64,000 nt of DNA from an uncultured Actinomycetes bacterium (GCA_963814995.1 CAWFFF010000001.1:21354-85353); one strand, 5' to 3'. Shown: positions 10,388 through 19,922, counted from the first letter of the stretch. Program-made: numbers and translations. Notes: generated by a model from the sequence alone, not told the origin.

Positions 10388-11161
10388 TCACGACCGGACC
10401 TGGACGCCGACCCCGATCGTCGACGCCAGCCAGACGGACCCCGCCACCGCGGCCGCGACGCGGTCGCGGGCCGCCGCCGCGTCGGCCCGATCGTCGAACA
10501 GCACCGCGTAGGACGATCCACTCCCCGCGAGGATCGCAGTCGCTCCGGCCGCCACCTCGACCTCGCGCTTGAACGCCGCCAACCTCGGCTCGACGTGCTC
10601 GGCCGCCGGCTCGAGATCGTTGACCTCGGCGCGCGGTCCTCCGAGCTCGTCCCAGGCCCGGTACACCGCCGCGGTCGAGCACCCGAACCGCGGTGTCGCC
10701 ACGACGATTGCGAAGTCGGGCACCTCTCCGGGGCGAAGTTGGTCGCCGATGCCTCGGACGTGCGCGAACCCGCCGCTCATGCAGAACGGCACGTCGGCGC
10801 CCAGCCGCGTGGCCGCGGCGACTTCGCCGTCGAGCGCGACGAGCACCGCGGCCGCGTCCGCGGAGCCCCCACCGAGACCCGCACCCGACGGAATGCCTTT
10901 GTGCAGTGTGATCTCGACGGGTGCGCCGCACGCGTCGGCTGCGCGCCACGCGAGGTTCGTCGCGTCGGCCGGGACCCCGGCCGCGAACGGGCCCGTCACC
11001 GTCAACGACGTGCGCGACGCGGGCCGGAGCACGAGCGAGTCGCACGGAGAGTCGATCGACACCATCGTCGCGTCGAGCTCGTGGTAGCCGTCGGTGCGCG
11101 TCCCGGTGACGTGTAGTGACAACGTGAGCTTCGCGAACGCGGCGACCGTGAGCTCACGCAT
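10388..11161 (-). CDS. ispE: 4-diphosphocytidyl-2-C-methyl-D-erythritol kinase
   Basis: AFAKLTLSLHV...DGYHEL, KGIPSGAGLGGGSADAA, LGADVPFC, GSGSS. Confidence 0.93.
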   Translation of the reverse strand: MRELTVAAFAKLTLSLHVTGTRTDGYHELDATMVSIDSPCDSLVLRPASRTSLTVTGPFAAGVPADATNLAWRAADACGAPVEITLHKGIPSGAGLGGGSADAAAVLVALDGEVAAATRLGADVPFCMSGGFAHVRGIGDQLRPGEVPDFAIVVATPRFGCSTAAVYRAWDELGGPRAEVNDLEPAAEHVEPRLAAFKREVEVAAGATAILAGSGSSYAVLFDDRADAAAARDRVAAAVAGSVWLASTIGVGVQVRS

Positions 11162-11950
11162 TCGCCAACCTTGCCCAGTCGCGCAACGACAGTGTCTCCG
11201 CGCGCGCCCCGGATCGACATGGGCCCGCTCGAACTGCTCCGCGTCGACACGGCCCGCGAGCGTGTTGCGCAGGGTCTTGCGGCGGGTCGCGAAGCCGGCG
11301 CGGACGAGATCGAACATCCGGGCGGCGTCGACCGTGACCGGCGGCGTCGCGTGTCGCACCAGGCGCACGAGTGCGCTCTCGACGTTGGGCTTGGGTTCGA
11401 AGACGTTCGGCGAGACCGTGCCCACCACCTTCGCGTCGGCGTAGTACGCGACTTTGACCGACACCGCGCCGTACGCATCGTCGCCGGCGCCGGCCGCGAA
11501 GCGATCGCCGACCTCGCGCTGCACCATCACCAGCATGCGTTCGATCATGGGCGCCTGCTCGAGCGCGTTCACCACGACGGTCGCGGCGACGTTGTACGGC
11601 AGGTTCGCCACCATGACCCAGGGCTCCGACCCGAGCCGGGCGCGCCAGTCGACCTTCAACGCGTCGTCGTGCACGACCTCGACGTCGCGGCCCGCGACGA
11701 CCTCCTCGAGGATCGGCAGGAGGTGACGATCGATCTCGATCGCGCACACGTGGACGCCTTCGTCGGCCAGCGAGACCGTCAACGAACCCACACCGGGCCC
11801 GACTTCGACGACGCGCTCTCCCGGCTGCAGCTCCGCGAGCCGCACGATCCGGCGGGCGGTGTTCTCGTCTACGAGGAAGTTCTGGCCGAGCGCCTTCGAC
11901 GGACGGACCCCGTGGCGCGAGAGCAGAGCGCGGACCTCGCTCGGCGTCAC
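11154..11950 (-). CDS. rsmA: 16S rRNA m6,6A dimethyltransferase KsgA; apparent frameshift near 11205 makes it look fused to ispE
   Basis: LGQNFL, VEVGPGVGSLT, ANLPYNV, MVQREV, RRKTLRN; the RAETLSL C-terminus is in another frame. Confidence 0.93.
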
Positions 11951-12720
11951 CGGTCGACGCCGAAGACGCGCGCCGCGTTCGGCACGCGTCAGCGCGGCGA
12001 TCTCCTCGGGCGCGACGCCCGCGCCCGCGCCAGCGCGGCGCCGACCGCGACGACGAGCGCGGGCTCGTTCGGCTTGCCCCGGTGCGGCTCGGGAGTGAGG
12101 AACGGCGAGTCGGTCTCGACGAGGATGCGATCGTCGGGCGTGATCCGGGCCGCGTCACGGAGCGCGTCGGCGTTCTTGAACGAGACGATGCCGCTGAACG
12201 AGAGGTGGCAGCCGCGTTCCAGCGCGGCGCGCGCCTCGTCGGGACCGCCGGTGAAGCAGTGGAAGACCGTTCGCTCGGGTACGCCCTCGTCGTCGAGCAC
12301 CCGGAACGTGTCGTCCCACACGTCGCGCGAATGGATCACGAGCGGCTTGCCGGTGTGCTTCGCCAGGCGGATCTGGAAACGGAACGCGATCTCCTGCTCG
12401 TCGCGGGGCGAGTGCTCGTAGAACAGGTCGAAGCCGCACTCGCCGATCGCGAGGCACGCATCCGACACCGCGAGCGGCTCGAGCATGCTCCATTCGACGG
12501 CGAGCTTCGACGCGTCGTGCGGATGCAGACCGACCGCGGCGTAGACGTCGTCGTGCCGGTCGGCGAGCACGAGCGCGGCCTGCGACGTCTCGAGGTCGGT
12601 GCCGACGCACACCATCCACGCCACGCCCACGGCTCGCGCCCGGACAATGGCGTCGTCGCCGCCGTCCAACTGCAGGTGGCAGTGGGAGTCGACCCAGCGC
12701 ACCGCCTCGGGCGCGCTCAC
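11947..12720 (-). CDS. tatD: TatD family DNase; apparent frameshifts near the C-terminus
   Basis: DSHCHL, GLHPHDA, AIGECGFD, VIHSRD, FHCFTG, LVETDSPFL. Confidence 0.93.
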
Positions 12721-14232
12721 GGCTCTTTCCGGGGAAAGAGCGGCGCGCCCTTCTCGAGCGGCGCGCCCGCGGGCAGCAAGCCCCAGGAAGCCGCGTCGGG
12801 CAACCGCTGGTCCTCGGGCCGCCCGCTCAGCCCCAGCCGTCGCCACAACTCGGCCGCGGCGTTCGGGATCACCGGTGACGCGAGCAGCGCGACGATCCGC
12901 AACGACTCGAGGCAGTCGCCGAGCACCGCGCGCGACCGCGGCCGCGTCTCCTTGCTTGTTGAGCGCCCACGGCTTTTCGTCCTCGATGTACGCGTTCGTG
13001 GCGCGGATCAGGTCCCAGACCGCGCCGAATCCGCCCGCGAAGTCGAGGCGCGTGAATGCATCCGCCATCGCCACGAACGTGGTGCCGGCCGTGGCTCGCA
13101 GCGGACCGTCGGCCCGCGCGTCGGGAACCACGCCACCGCAGTAGTTCATCGCCATGTTCAGCACCCGGTTCGCGAGGTTGCCGAAGTTGTTGGCGAGATC
13201 GGAGTTGTACCGCTGCACCATCTGCTCGTACGAGAAGTCGCCGTCGGGGCCGAACCGCTGGTCGGCCATGAAGTGGTAGCGGAAGCCATCGACACCGAAG
13301 TCGGCGACGAGGTCGGCCGGCGCGATCTGGTTCAGCCGGGTCTTGCTCATCTTCTCGCCGCCGACGAGCAGCCAGCCGTGCGCGAACACGCAGCGCGGCG
13401 CTTCGAGACCCGCGGCCATCAGCATCGCGGGCCAGTACACCGCGTGGAAACGCAGGATGTCCTTGCCGACGAGGTGGTAGTCGACCGGCCACCACTTGGC
13501 GAAACGCGCGTCGTCGCTGGCGTACCCGACGGCCGTGCAGTAGTTGAAGAGCGCGTCGGCCCACACGTACGCGACGTGCGCGGGATCCCACGGCAGGGGC
13601 ACGCCCCAGTCGATCGACGTCCGGCTCATCGAGAAGTCATGGAGCCCGCCGCGGATGAAGCCGAGCACCTCGTTCATCCGCGCCTCCGGTTGCACGGCGT
13701 CGGGATGCTCGGCGTAGTGCGCGAGCAACCGGTCGGTGTAGCGCGACAGCTTGAAGAAGTAGTTCTGCTCGACGACGTGCTCGACCGGACGCAGGTGGAT
13801 CGGGCAGTTGCCGTCGACGAGCTCGTCCTCGGAGTAGTACGCCTCACACGAGACGCAGTAGAGGCCCTCGTACGTGCCGAGCTCGATGTCGCCCGCGTCG
13901 TAGATCTTCTGCAGGAACGTCTGCACCGCGGTGTAGTGGCGCGGTTCGGTGGTGCGGATGAAGTCGTCGTAGGCGATGTCGAGCCCGTCCCATGTCTCGC
14001 GGAAGTGCCCGGCCGTCTCCGCGACCAATTCCCTCGGGGTGACCCCGCGCGCTTCGGCCACGCGCTGCACCTTCAACCCGTGCTCGTCGGTGCCTGTCAG
14101 GTAGAAGACCTCGTCGCCGAACAGGCGCCGCCAACGCGTCAGGACGTCGCCCGCGACCGTCGTGTACGCGTGCCCGATGTGGGGGACGTCGTTGACGTAA
14201 TAGATGGGAGTCGTGACGTAGAAGCGGGGCAT
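12717..14232 (-). CDS. metG: Methionyl-tRNA synthetase; apparent frameshift near 12930 makes it look fused to tatD
   Basis: YVTTPIYYVNDVPHIGHAY, TGTDEHG, GKDILRFH, KMSKT; the LFPRKEP C-terminus is in another frame. Confidence 0.96.
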
Positions 14233-14270
14233 GGGGACCCCTATTGTGCCCGACCCCGTCGCGGCGCCGG

Positions 14271-14600
14271 TCAGCCTTTCAGCTCGACCACGTCGCCGGG
14301 CCGTAGCTTCCATCGTTCGAAGCTGCCGGAGCGCGCCTCGATGACGAACGCGGAACGCCAGACCACGCGCGAGATCCGGCGTGGCCCGAGGTCGCTCAGG
14401 TGCAGCACGGTTCCCGAGCCGTCGCAGAACGCGACGTCGATCGGGAAGCGCATCCCGAACGTGTGCACCTGGCGGCACGGGCGCAACACCAACGCGCCCT
14501 CGAAGTCGTCGCGGCCCATGAGGCCACGTGTGCGCAGGCGCCGGGAGTGCGCGACCTCGGCGACCGCCAACACGTCGTCGTCGCGAACGAGCCAGGTCAT
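14271..14600 (-). CDS. DUF192 (UPF0127) family protein
   Basis: RTRGLMGR, VHTFGMRFPIDVAF, VIEAR. Confidence 0.85.
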   Translation of the reverse strand: MTWLVRDDDVLAVAEVAHSRRLRTRGLMGRDDFEGALVLRPCRQVHTFGMRFPIDVAFCDGSGTVLHLSDLGPRRISRVVWRSAFVIEARSGSFERWKLRPGDVVELKG

Positions 14601-14609
14601 GACCGCTTC

Positions 14610-15635
14610 CTACACGTTGAACCGGATCTCGAGGACGTCACCGTCTCGGACCTCGTAGTCCTTGCCTTCGACCCGCAGCTTCTTCAGCTCCCTCGCCTTG
14701 GCCCACGTGCCGACCACGAGGAGCTCCTTCCAGTCGATGACCTCGGCCCGGATGAAGCCGCGCTGGAGGTCGCTGTGGATGACGCCCGCGCACTCGGGCG
14801 CCTTGGCCCCGGCCCGGAACGTCCACGCCCGCGACTCGTCCTCGCCCGTCGTGAAGAACGTCCGCCGGCCGAGCATCTGGTACGCCGCCTGCGCGACGGA
14901 GTCGAGCGCGGACGGCCCGAGCCCGTACGACTCGCGCATCTCGTCGCGGTCCTCGGGCGCGCACGCCGCGATCTCGGCCTCGATGTCGATCGGCACCGCG
15001 AGGACGTCCTCGCCGGCCGGGAGCGCGGTGTCGGTCGCGAGCGCCTCGCCGGTGTTGGCCACCACGAGCAAGGGCTTCGTGGTGAGGAGGAAGACGGGGG
15101 CGAGATGCGCGAGCTCGTCGGCCGAGAACGACCCGCGCCGGATCGGCGTGCCGTCGGAGAGCAGCGCGTGCGCCCGTTCGAGCACCTCGACCTCGGCGAT
15201 GATCTCCTTGTCGCCGCTCTTGGCCGCCCGGCGCTGGCGCGTGATGCGCTGCTCGACGCTCGCGAGGTCGGCGAGCACGAGCTCGAGCTCGAGCGCGGCG
15301 AGGTCGCCCTCGGGATCCGGGGCAACACCGCCGTCGGAGAAGGCGCGGAGCACGATGAGGATCGCGTCGCAGTTGCGGAGGCTGCCGAGGAACTTGGCGC
15401 CGAGACCTTCGCCCGGTTTCGAGCCCGGCGGGAGGGCGAGGTGGACCAGCTCGAAGCCGGCCGCGACCGTCTTCTTCGAATGCGCGGCCTCGGTGAGGCG
15501 CAGCAGCCGTTCGTCGGGCAGGCTCGCCACACCGACCGCGGCCTCGTACTCGCTCGGCACGGGCAGGCCGGTCAAGGCGCTGAACAAGCGGTTCGCGCCC
15601 GCGCCGGTGAAACCCACGAGACCGAGGTTCTCCAT
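14610..15635 (-). CDS. ychF: YchF/OLA1-family ribosome-binding protein with degenerate G motifs
   Basis: GEGLGAKFL, LELELVLADL, TFFTTGEDESRAW, AGVIHSDLQRGFIRAEVI, EGKDYEVRDGDV (TGS domain). Confidence 0.9.
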   Translation of the reverse strand: MENLGLVGFTGAGANRLFSALTGLPVPSEYEAAVGVASLPDERLLRLTEAAHSKKTVAAGFELVHLALPPGSKPGEGLGAKFLGSLRNCDAILIVLRAFSDGGVAPDPEGDLAALELELVLADLASVEQRITRQRRAAKSGDKEIIAEVEVLERAHALLSDGTPIRRGSFSADELAHLAPVFLLTTKPLLVVANTGEALATDTALPAGEDVLAVPIDIEAEIAACAPEDRDEMRESYGLGPSALDSVAQAAYQMLGRRTFFTTGEDESRAWTFRAGAKAPECAGVIHSDLQRGFIRAEVIDWKELLVVGTWAKARELKKLRVEGKDYEVRDGDVLEIRFNV

Positions 15636-15643
15636 CGGGGCGC

Positions 15644-15664
15644 AGGCTACCGATCGGGTAGCCT
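15644..15664. promoter_or_regulatory. Back-to-back TAGCCT -10-like boxes for divergent ychF and bL37, forming an 8-bp inverted repeat
   Basis: AGGCTACC-GATCG-GGTAGCCT; TAGCCT lies 8 nt before the ychF ATG (minus strand) and 10 nt before the bL37-type ATG (plus strand). Confidence 0.55.
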
Positions 15665-15696
15665 CCAACCCCCTATGAGCAAGAAGACGAAGAAGC
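15657..15696 (+). repeat. attL: 40-bp direct repeat containing the bL37 -10 box and first 7 codons
   Basis: GGTAGCCTCCAACCCCCTATGAGCAAGAAGACGAAGAAGC, identical to 20987-21026. Confidence 0.95.
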
Positions 15697-15849
15697 CTCC
15701 GGGCCGCTTCTTCGCACCTTAGCCCTGGTCGCGGCCGGTGCGCTGGTAGCTGCCTCGTCGCGCGTCACCCGCGCTTGGTCGTCTTCGCCGCCCGCACGGT
15801 TTGCTGGTGCCCGTCGGGTATGAGCGGGCCCGATGGAGAACTTGGCCAT

Positions 15850-17286
15850 TCAAGGTGGGTCAACGAGGTGCCGGAAGGGCATCGACGCCGAGACGGCCAT
15901 TCGCACAGGCCTCGGACGTACCAATTCGACGGACGCACGCACCACCCCAGCGGCCGAATACCGCCCGGGCTCGACCGACTCGCCGTACTCGTGGGTGTTC
16001 GGTGGCGGGAACTCCCTCTCGAAGTAGCCGACGGCGCGCGCCGTCCGCTCCAATAGGGCTTCTACGTCACCAACCGTCTCGCATCCCGCGTGGAACAGCA
16101 ATTCTGTTAGTTGTGGCAGCTCATCGGGCCTGCAAGGCCTGCGGTCTTCGAACTTCTTCGCGAGGTACGGACCAAGCGTGTCAACGTCAAGAAAGGCATC
16201 CGCGCTGACCAAGGCACGCGCTTTTTCTTCAGCGTCCTGCACCTCGCGGAACAGCGTTTCAAACTGCAAATCTGCCGTGTAGAGCGAACCGCTCAGCGCG
16301 TGAAAGTCGCGCCGAAGTCTGCCAGGTATCCGACGTTCGGTGTTGTAGTCAAGAACGTGCGAGACGTTCGCCCACGCGTCCATGAGAATCGTACGCACCT
16401 GAATTTCGAGCGAGCGACCCCGGAGAGCCTCTGGCGTTTCGTCATCCCATGGAACCCGCACGTTGTGATGCACAGACATATAACCGAATGAGTCAACGGC
16501 AGAGCCCGCGACCTTATTCTCGACTGACAATACATCAAAGGTCTCACGAATGACCTCCGCGACGAGCTCAAGGTCTGCGAGGACGACACACACAACCCTC
16601 AGTCCTACGACGTCGCCAAGATTCTCGAAAGCGTAGAACTCCTCGTGTCGCCCAATCTTTTCGCGTATCGACTTGTCCGACTTAATACGTCCCGTAACCG
16701 AGTGAACATCGATGTTGGCGGTGCTTAGAGCCGATTCAAGCACATGTCTCGCATGCGACAGTACCGCTTCCAGGTTTTCCAGTTCCTCGCCTCGCCGAGC
16801 AGTTGCGTCATCCTGACACGCTCGCAGTGCGTCCGCCTTTGCTTGCTCGTAGACGGCGAAGTCAGCGGTCGACGGCAAAATGTCGTTTAGCCATTGTTCT
16901 ACTGCGGCCATTAGAAAGTGCTGCGTCATCGGGCGGTCGACGGCAACGAACCGTACGACCTCGCCTTCAGCTCCCGCGAAGTACGGCGCGCCTTCTGGGC
17001 CGAAGGTTAGAGAGTTGCGGACGAAGCCCTCTTGCGGAATCGGGTCGTCCTGCTTCCGAATTGCGGAGAATCTCCACGGCCCCTCAGGCCCATAGAAAGG
17101 GCTCATGCTGTCGAGCAACGCCACGGGCTTCTCCCGGAGAAGCCTCCTAACCTCCAGGAACACGGCATTGAGGTCTACCAACCCGATTGGTTGCATGTTC
17201 TCGTCGCGGTCGGGTTGGCCCGGGTTCACGACCAGCGTTATCGGGAATGCGTCGATAGGAAGTCTCACCGCGTCCGGCGACGTCAT
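15850..17286 (-). CDS. RelA/SpoT synthetase-domain protein (small alarmone synthetase-like) with extra N- and C-terminal domains
   Basis: GRIKSDKSIREK, DVVGLRVVC, FGYMSVH, LEIQVRTILMDAWANVSHVLDY; no HD hydrolase, TGS or ACT domain recognised. Confidence 0.88.
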   Translation of the reverse strand: MTSPDAVRLPIDAFPITLVVNPGQPDRDENMQPIGLVDLNAVFLEVRRLLREKPVALLDSMSPFYGPEGPWRFSAIRKQDDPIPQEGFVRNSLTFGPEGAPYFAGAEGEVVRFVAVDRPMTQHFLMAAVEQWLNDILPSTADFAVYEQAKADALRACQDDATARRGEELENLEAVLSHARHVLESALSTANIDVHSVTGRIKSDKSIREKIGRHEEFYAFENLGDVVGLRVVCVVLADLELVAEVIRETFDVLSVENKVAGSAVDSFGYMSVHHNVRVPWDDETPEALRGRSLEIQVRTILMDAWANVSHVLDYNTERRIPGRLRRDFHALSGSLYTADLQFETLFREVQDAEEKARALVSADAFLDVDTLGPYLAKKFEDRRPCRPDELPQLTELLFHAGCETVGDVEALLERTARAVGYFEREFPPPNTHEYGESVEPGRYSAAGVVRASVELVRPRPVRMAVSASMPFRHLVDPP

Positions 17287-17413
17287 CGGAGGTCAGCGTA
17301 TGCCGATGCGCGTGCTCAGCTCCAGCCGCCAGCCTCACTCCATGCCACAGGCTTTGGTGTAGCGAAGCGTCGCACGCATGAAGCGGTGCGTCAGGTGGCA
17401 CGAAGACCCGGTC

Positions 17414-17683
17414 CTAAGGCCATCCACCTTCCAGCGAGCAAGCGGCGACCTGTTCTCGTCCGGTCTCGGTGATTCTCCGAACGGCGTTCTTCTTGCCCCA
17501 CCGCGAGATACGCGCCTCTCCGGTTTCTTCGATGAAGCCGCGCTTCCGTAGCCGCGCGGGTCGGCTCGCGATACCGCTGACCGCTTGCCGGGGATAGATG
17601 CGCGCTACCAACTCATCGAACGTCAGACCGTCGGCGCCTGCGTCCGCGTAGGCCTGCAGAATCTCGTGTTCGGCGGGACTCAT
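17414..17683 (-). CDS. Small winged-helix DNA-binding protein, phage-like
   Basis: ILQAYADAGADGLTFDEL...SRPARLRKRGFIEETGEAR...RITETG; AGGAG RBS 9 nt upstream. Confidence 0.7.
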   Translation of the reverse strand: MSPAEHEILQAYADAGADGLTFDELVARIYPRQAVSGIASRPARLRKRGFIEETGEARISRWGKKNAVRRITETGREQVAACSLEGGWP

Positions 17684-17700
17684 TCGTGAATACTCCTGCC

Positions 17701-17852
17701 TGACCGAATGATTAGAGACTTCGGGGAGGCCGTAGGCACCGGAAGGCACGAAAAGACGCCTACGGACGCTCCCCGTGCCCGCCGAGCGCAGCTCGCGTCA
17801 GTCACGGTCGGAAGGGTGACCGAATGCGGACTGAGCGAAAGCGCGGCTGGGC
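17701..17852 (-). ncRNA. Putative structured RNA or cis-regulatory leader between the capsid-like and wHTH genes
   Basis: Two long hairpins (CGGGGAG/CTCCCCG plus CCGTAGGC/GCCTACGG; TCAGTC/GACTGA plus CGGTC/GACCG) and a 10-bp direct repeat TGACCGAATG at 17701 and 17817; strand inferred from flanking genes. Confidence 0.4.
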
Positions 17853-17860
17853 GAAAACAG

Positions 17861-18661
17861 CTACGCCGCGACGCGCGCGCAGAGCCCTTCGGGCAACGCG
17901 TTGGCGACGAAATCGCCACGCCAGACGAGCGCCTTTTCGAGACTCGACGGAATCGGCACTGCGCCCGGAGGTGTCGCATTCGCGACGGGAACGGTCGCGG
18001 TGATGCCCTTATTCAGTTCGTACGTCTCGATGTAGCGGGACGCGGCAACGACCATCGTGTCGTCATCCAAGCCGGGGCTGTAGACGACCTGGAGTCCTGC
18101 CGGACCTTCGGTCGCGAGCCGCGGAAAGACCGGCAGGTCGTCGGTGCCGGTCATGCCCGCGAGCGAATCCCAACGGTTACCGGAGACGAGCAGCACGTCA
18201 GCCATTCGCTTGCAGTTGGTACGGACGACCGTGATTCCGGCGACGATTGCGGAGAGCACTACACCGGGGCTGTCGAAATCAGTACATGGCGTTCCGTTGG
18301 TCGCGGCGGCGACGACCGCGTCGCACGCAGTCTCTTCGGTGACGACCGCGTACGAGTCCGCGAGCTCTTCGATGACCATGTCGAACCACGCATCGTGCGA
18401 CCAGTCGATGTCCTGCTCTGTCAGGTTGAGAGTGCGCGCGTATCGCCCCTTGTCGAACGTGTCAGCGGTCGTCGTCACTTGCGTCGAGGACGCTTGCGCT
18501 TTCTCGACGTGCAGCGCGGCGAGCGTCGCTGACGTGATGCGCGGCCGGTCGAACGTCTTGCCGAGGGTAGGCATCGGACCAGGACCGCGACCGCTACGCG
18601 AGATACTCGTTACCGGACGCCATTCGCGGTCCGCCTCGAAGTCGACCCGTCCCAATCGCAC
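17861..18661 (-). CDS. Phage major capsid-like protein (HK97 fold), short or N-terminally truncated; start uncertain
   Basis: RPV...MPTLGKTFDRPRIT...EK...YARTLNLTEQDIDWS...FDMVIEELADSYA...E, LAGMTGTDDLPVFP, GLQVVYSPGL resemble actinophage HK97-type capsid proteins. Confidence 0.72.
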   Translation of the reverse strand: MRLGRVDFEADREWRPVTSISRSGRGPGPMPTLGKTFDRPRITSATLAALHVEKAQASSTQVTTTADTFDKGRYARTLNLTEQDIDWSHDAWFDMVIEELADSYAVVTEETACDAVVAAATNGTPCTDFDSPGVVLSAIVAGITVVRTNCKRMADVLLVSGNRWDSLAGMTGTDDLPVFPRLATEGPAGLQVVYSPGLDDDTMVVAASRYIETYELNKGITATVPVANATPPGAVPIPSSLEKALVWRGDFVANALPEGLCARVAA

Positions 18662-18758
18662 AACACGCGGTAATCGTCGTCGGTCGCCGCGCCAAAGCGA
18701 TGATGCTGCGCGGTTGCCGGACTTCCCTTGCCGTCAGGACCCAGCTGTCCAAGTCGGT

Positions 18759-19922
18759 TTAGCTGCCAGGCAGTGCGCCCGCCGCGTATGCCTCAGTGAA
18801 CCGCTGCACGCAATCGAGGCCACCAGCAAAATCTTCGTTTAGCGGATTCAGACCAGCGGCTCGTAGTCGCGGCGCCAGCCCTGGGTCTCGGTTAACGACG
18901 TACGCCTGCATATCCTCTGACCGCCCTCTTGTTGCTTCAAGCAACATCGAAGAAACCAATAGGTCGTGTTCCGGCATTGAATAGCCGACTACAAATATCC
19001 TGCTGGCATTCCTGAGGACTTTCAGTGCACTTCGCCATAGAAGCTGAATCTTCGGATTATCAAAGAAGGCATTCTTGGACACGGTAGGCGGCACGATGAT
19101 GGGAACCTTGCCGGGTGCTCGGTGTTGCGGAAGCCATTCATGTTCGGCCTCGGAATCGTTCCAGCCCACCGGAAGGCCAATCTCGACCATGGAGTCCGCC
19201 GAGCGTGACGCGTCGTCCCAGTACCAGTGAATCGAGCCATGGAGCTTGTAAAGCCGGAACGTTCTAACAGGCATATAGCGTCTATCCCCTGCACCTTCCG
19301 ATTCCGCCCAGTGGCTCACGATAGATGGGCCGACCAATCTGTAGTTTGGCCATCCCCGACTTGGCACTTCAACCCAAAGGTCACTACTCGTGTAGGAGAG
19401 TGGAAGATGACAGCCGGCGAGGCATGCCTCTATAAGAGTGTCGTAGTTGAAGGTAATAACTTCTGCTTTGCGGTCGTGCCAGGCTCGGATAAGCCGGGGT
19501 AACCACTCGTTGGAATCGGGATGCACATGGATGCACGCATCGACAGTCGACTGGCATATTTGCGAGGCGACGGCGCTACTGACCTCGGCGAAGAGCGTGT
19601 GAGAACGGTCGTTCTCGCTCTGCTCCAAATAGGGCTGAGTCTGAGCCAGTCGACTCAACCAGACCTCAAAGTTGCCTCCCGGAGGCTTCCCACCGACAAG
19701 CCGTGGTTCGTCGCACGAGATTCCGTCGCAGGTGTCACTGTGTATTCGCCGCGAAGCCTTGTGTGCGCCTGCCAACTGGTCGATTGCACGCTGACCAAGA
19801 ACGTCGGTTGATGGCATGTAGTCGGGCGCTATCGCCATCGAGAAGCCAGCACCGAGAATGAAGACATCCTGCACGCCCGGAAGGCTAACTCGATGGTTTC
19901 GCGCATCGTCGCCCACCATCAT
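18759..19922 (-). CDS. SIR2-like (SIR2_2/AbiH-like) domain protein
   Basis: VFILGAGFS, VITFNYDTLIE, LYKLHGSIHW, IIVPPT, IFVVGYSMPEHD, VVNRD; ATGA-coupled to the integrase stop. Confidence 0.85.
   Translation of the reverse strand: MMVGDDARNHRVSLPGVQDVFILGAGFSMAIAPDYMPSTDVLGQRAIDQLAGAHKASRRIHSDTCDGISCDEPRLVGGKPPGGNFEVWLSRLAQTQPYLEQSENDRSHTLFAEVSSAVASQICQSTVDACIHVHPDSNEWLPRLIRAWHDRKAEVITFNYDTLIEACLAGCHLPLSYTSSDLWVEVPSRGWPNYRLVGPSIVSHWAESEGAGDRRYMPVRTFRLYKLHGSIHWYWDDASRSADSMVEIGLPVGWNDSEAEHEWLPQHRAPGKVPIIVPPTVSKNAFFDNPKIQLLWRSALKVLRNASRIFVVGYSMPEHDLLVSSMLLEATRGRSEDMQAYVVNRDPGLAPRLRAAGLNPLNEDFAGGLDCVQRFTEAYAAGALPGS

Noticed and set aside
10388-11950. Apparent RsmA-IspE fusion ORF
   Set aside because: The true RsmA C-terminus (RAETLSL...) is in another frame with its own stop, and IspE has its own ATG; frameshift artefact.
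11989-14478. Apparent MetG-TatD fusion ORF
   Set aside because: The MetG C-terminus (LFPRKEP*) is in another frame; created by an indel near 12930.
15627-15841. 13-bp inverted match CCCGATGGAGAAC between the ychF start and the island left end (ORF 15833-16027 begins MENL, like YchF)
   Set aside because: The match is short, similarity ends at once, and the ORF is antisense to the RelA/SpoT gene; probably chance.
17829-17858. Hammerhead-like CTGA...GAAA string
   Set aside because: Spacing does not match the CUGANGA core and the required stems are not supported.
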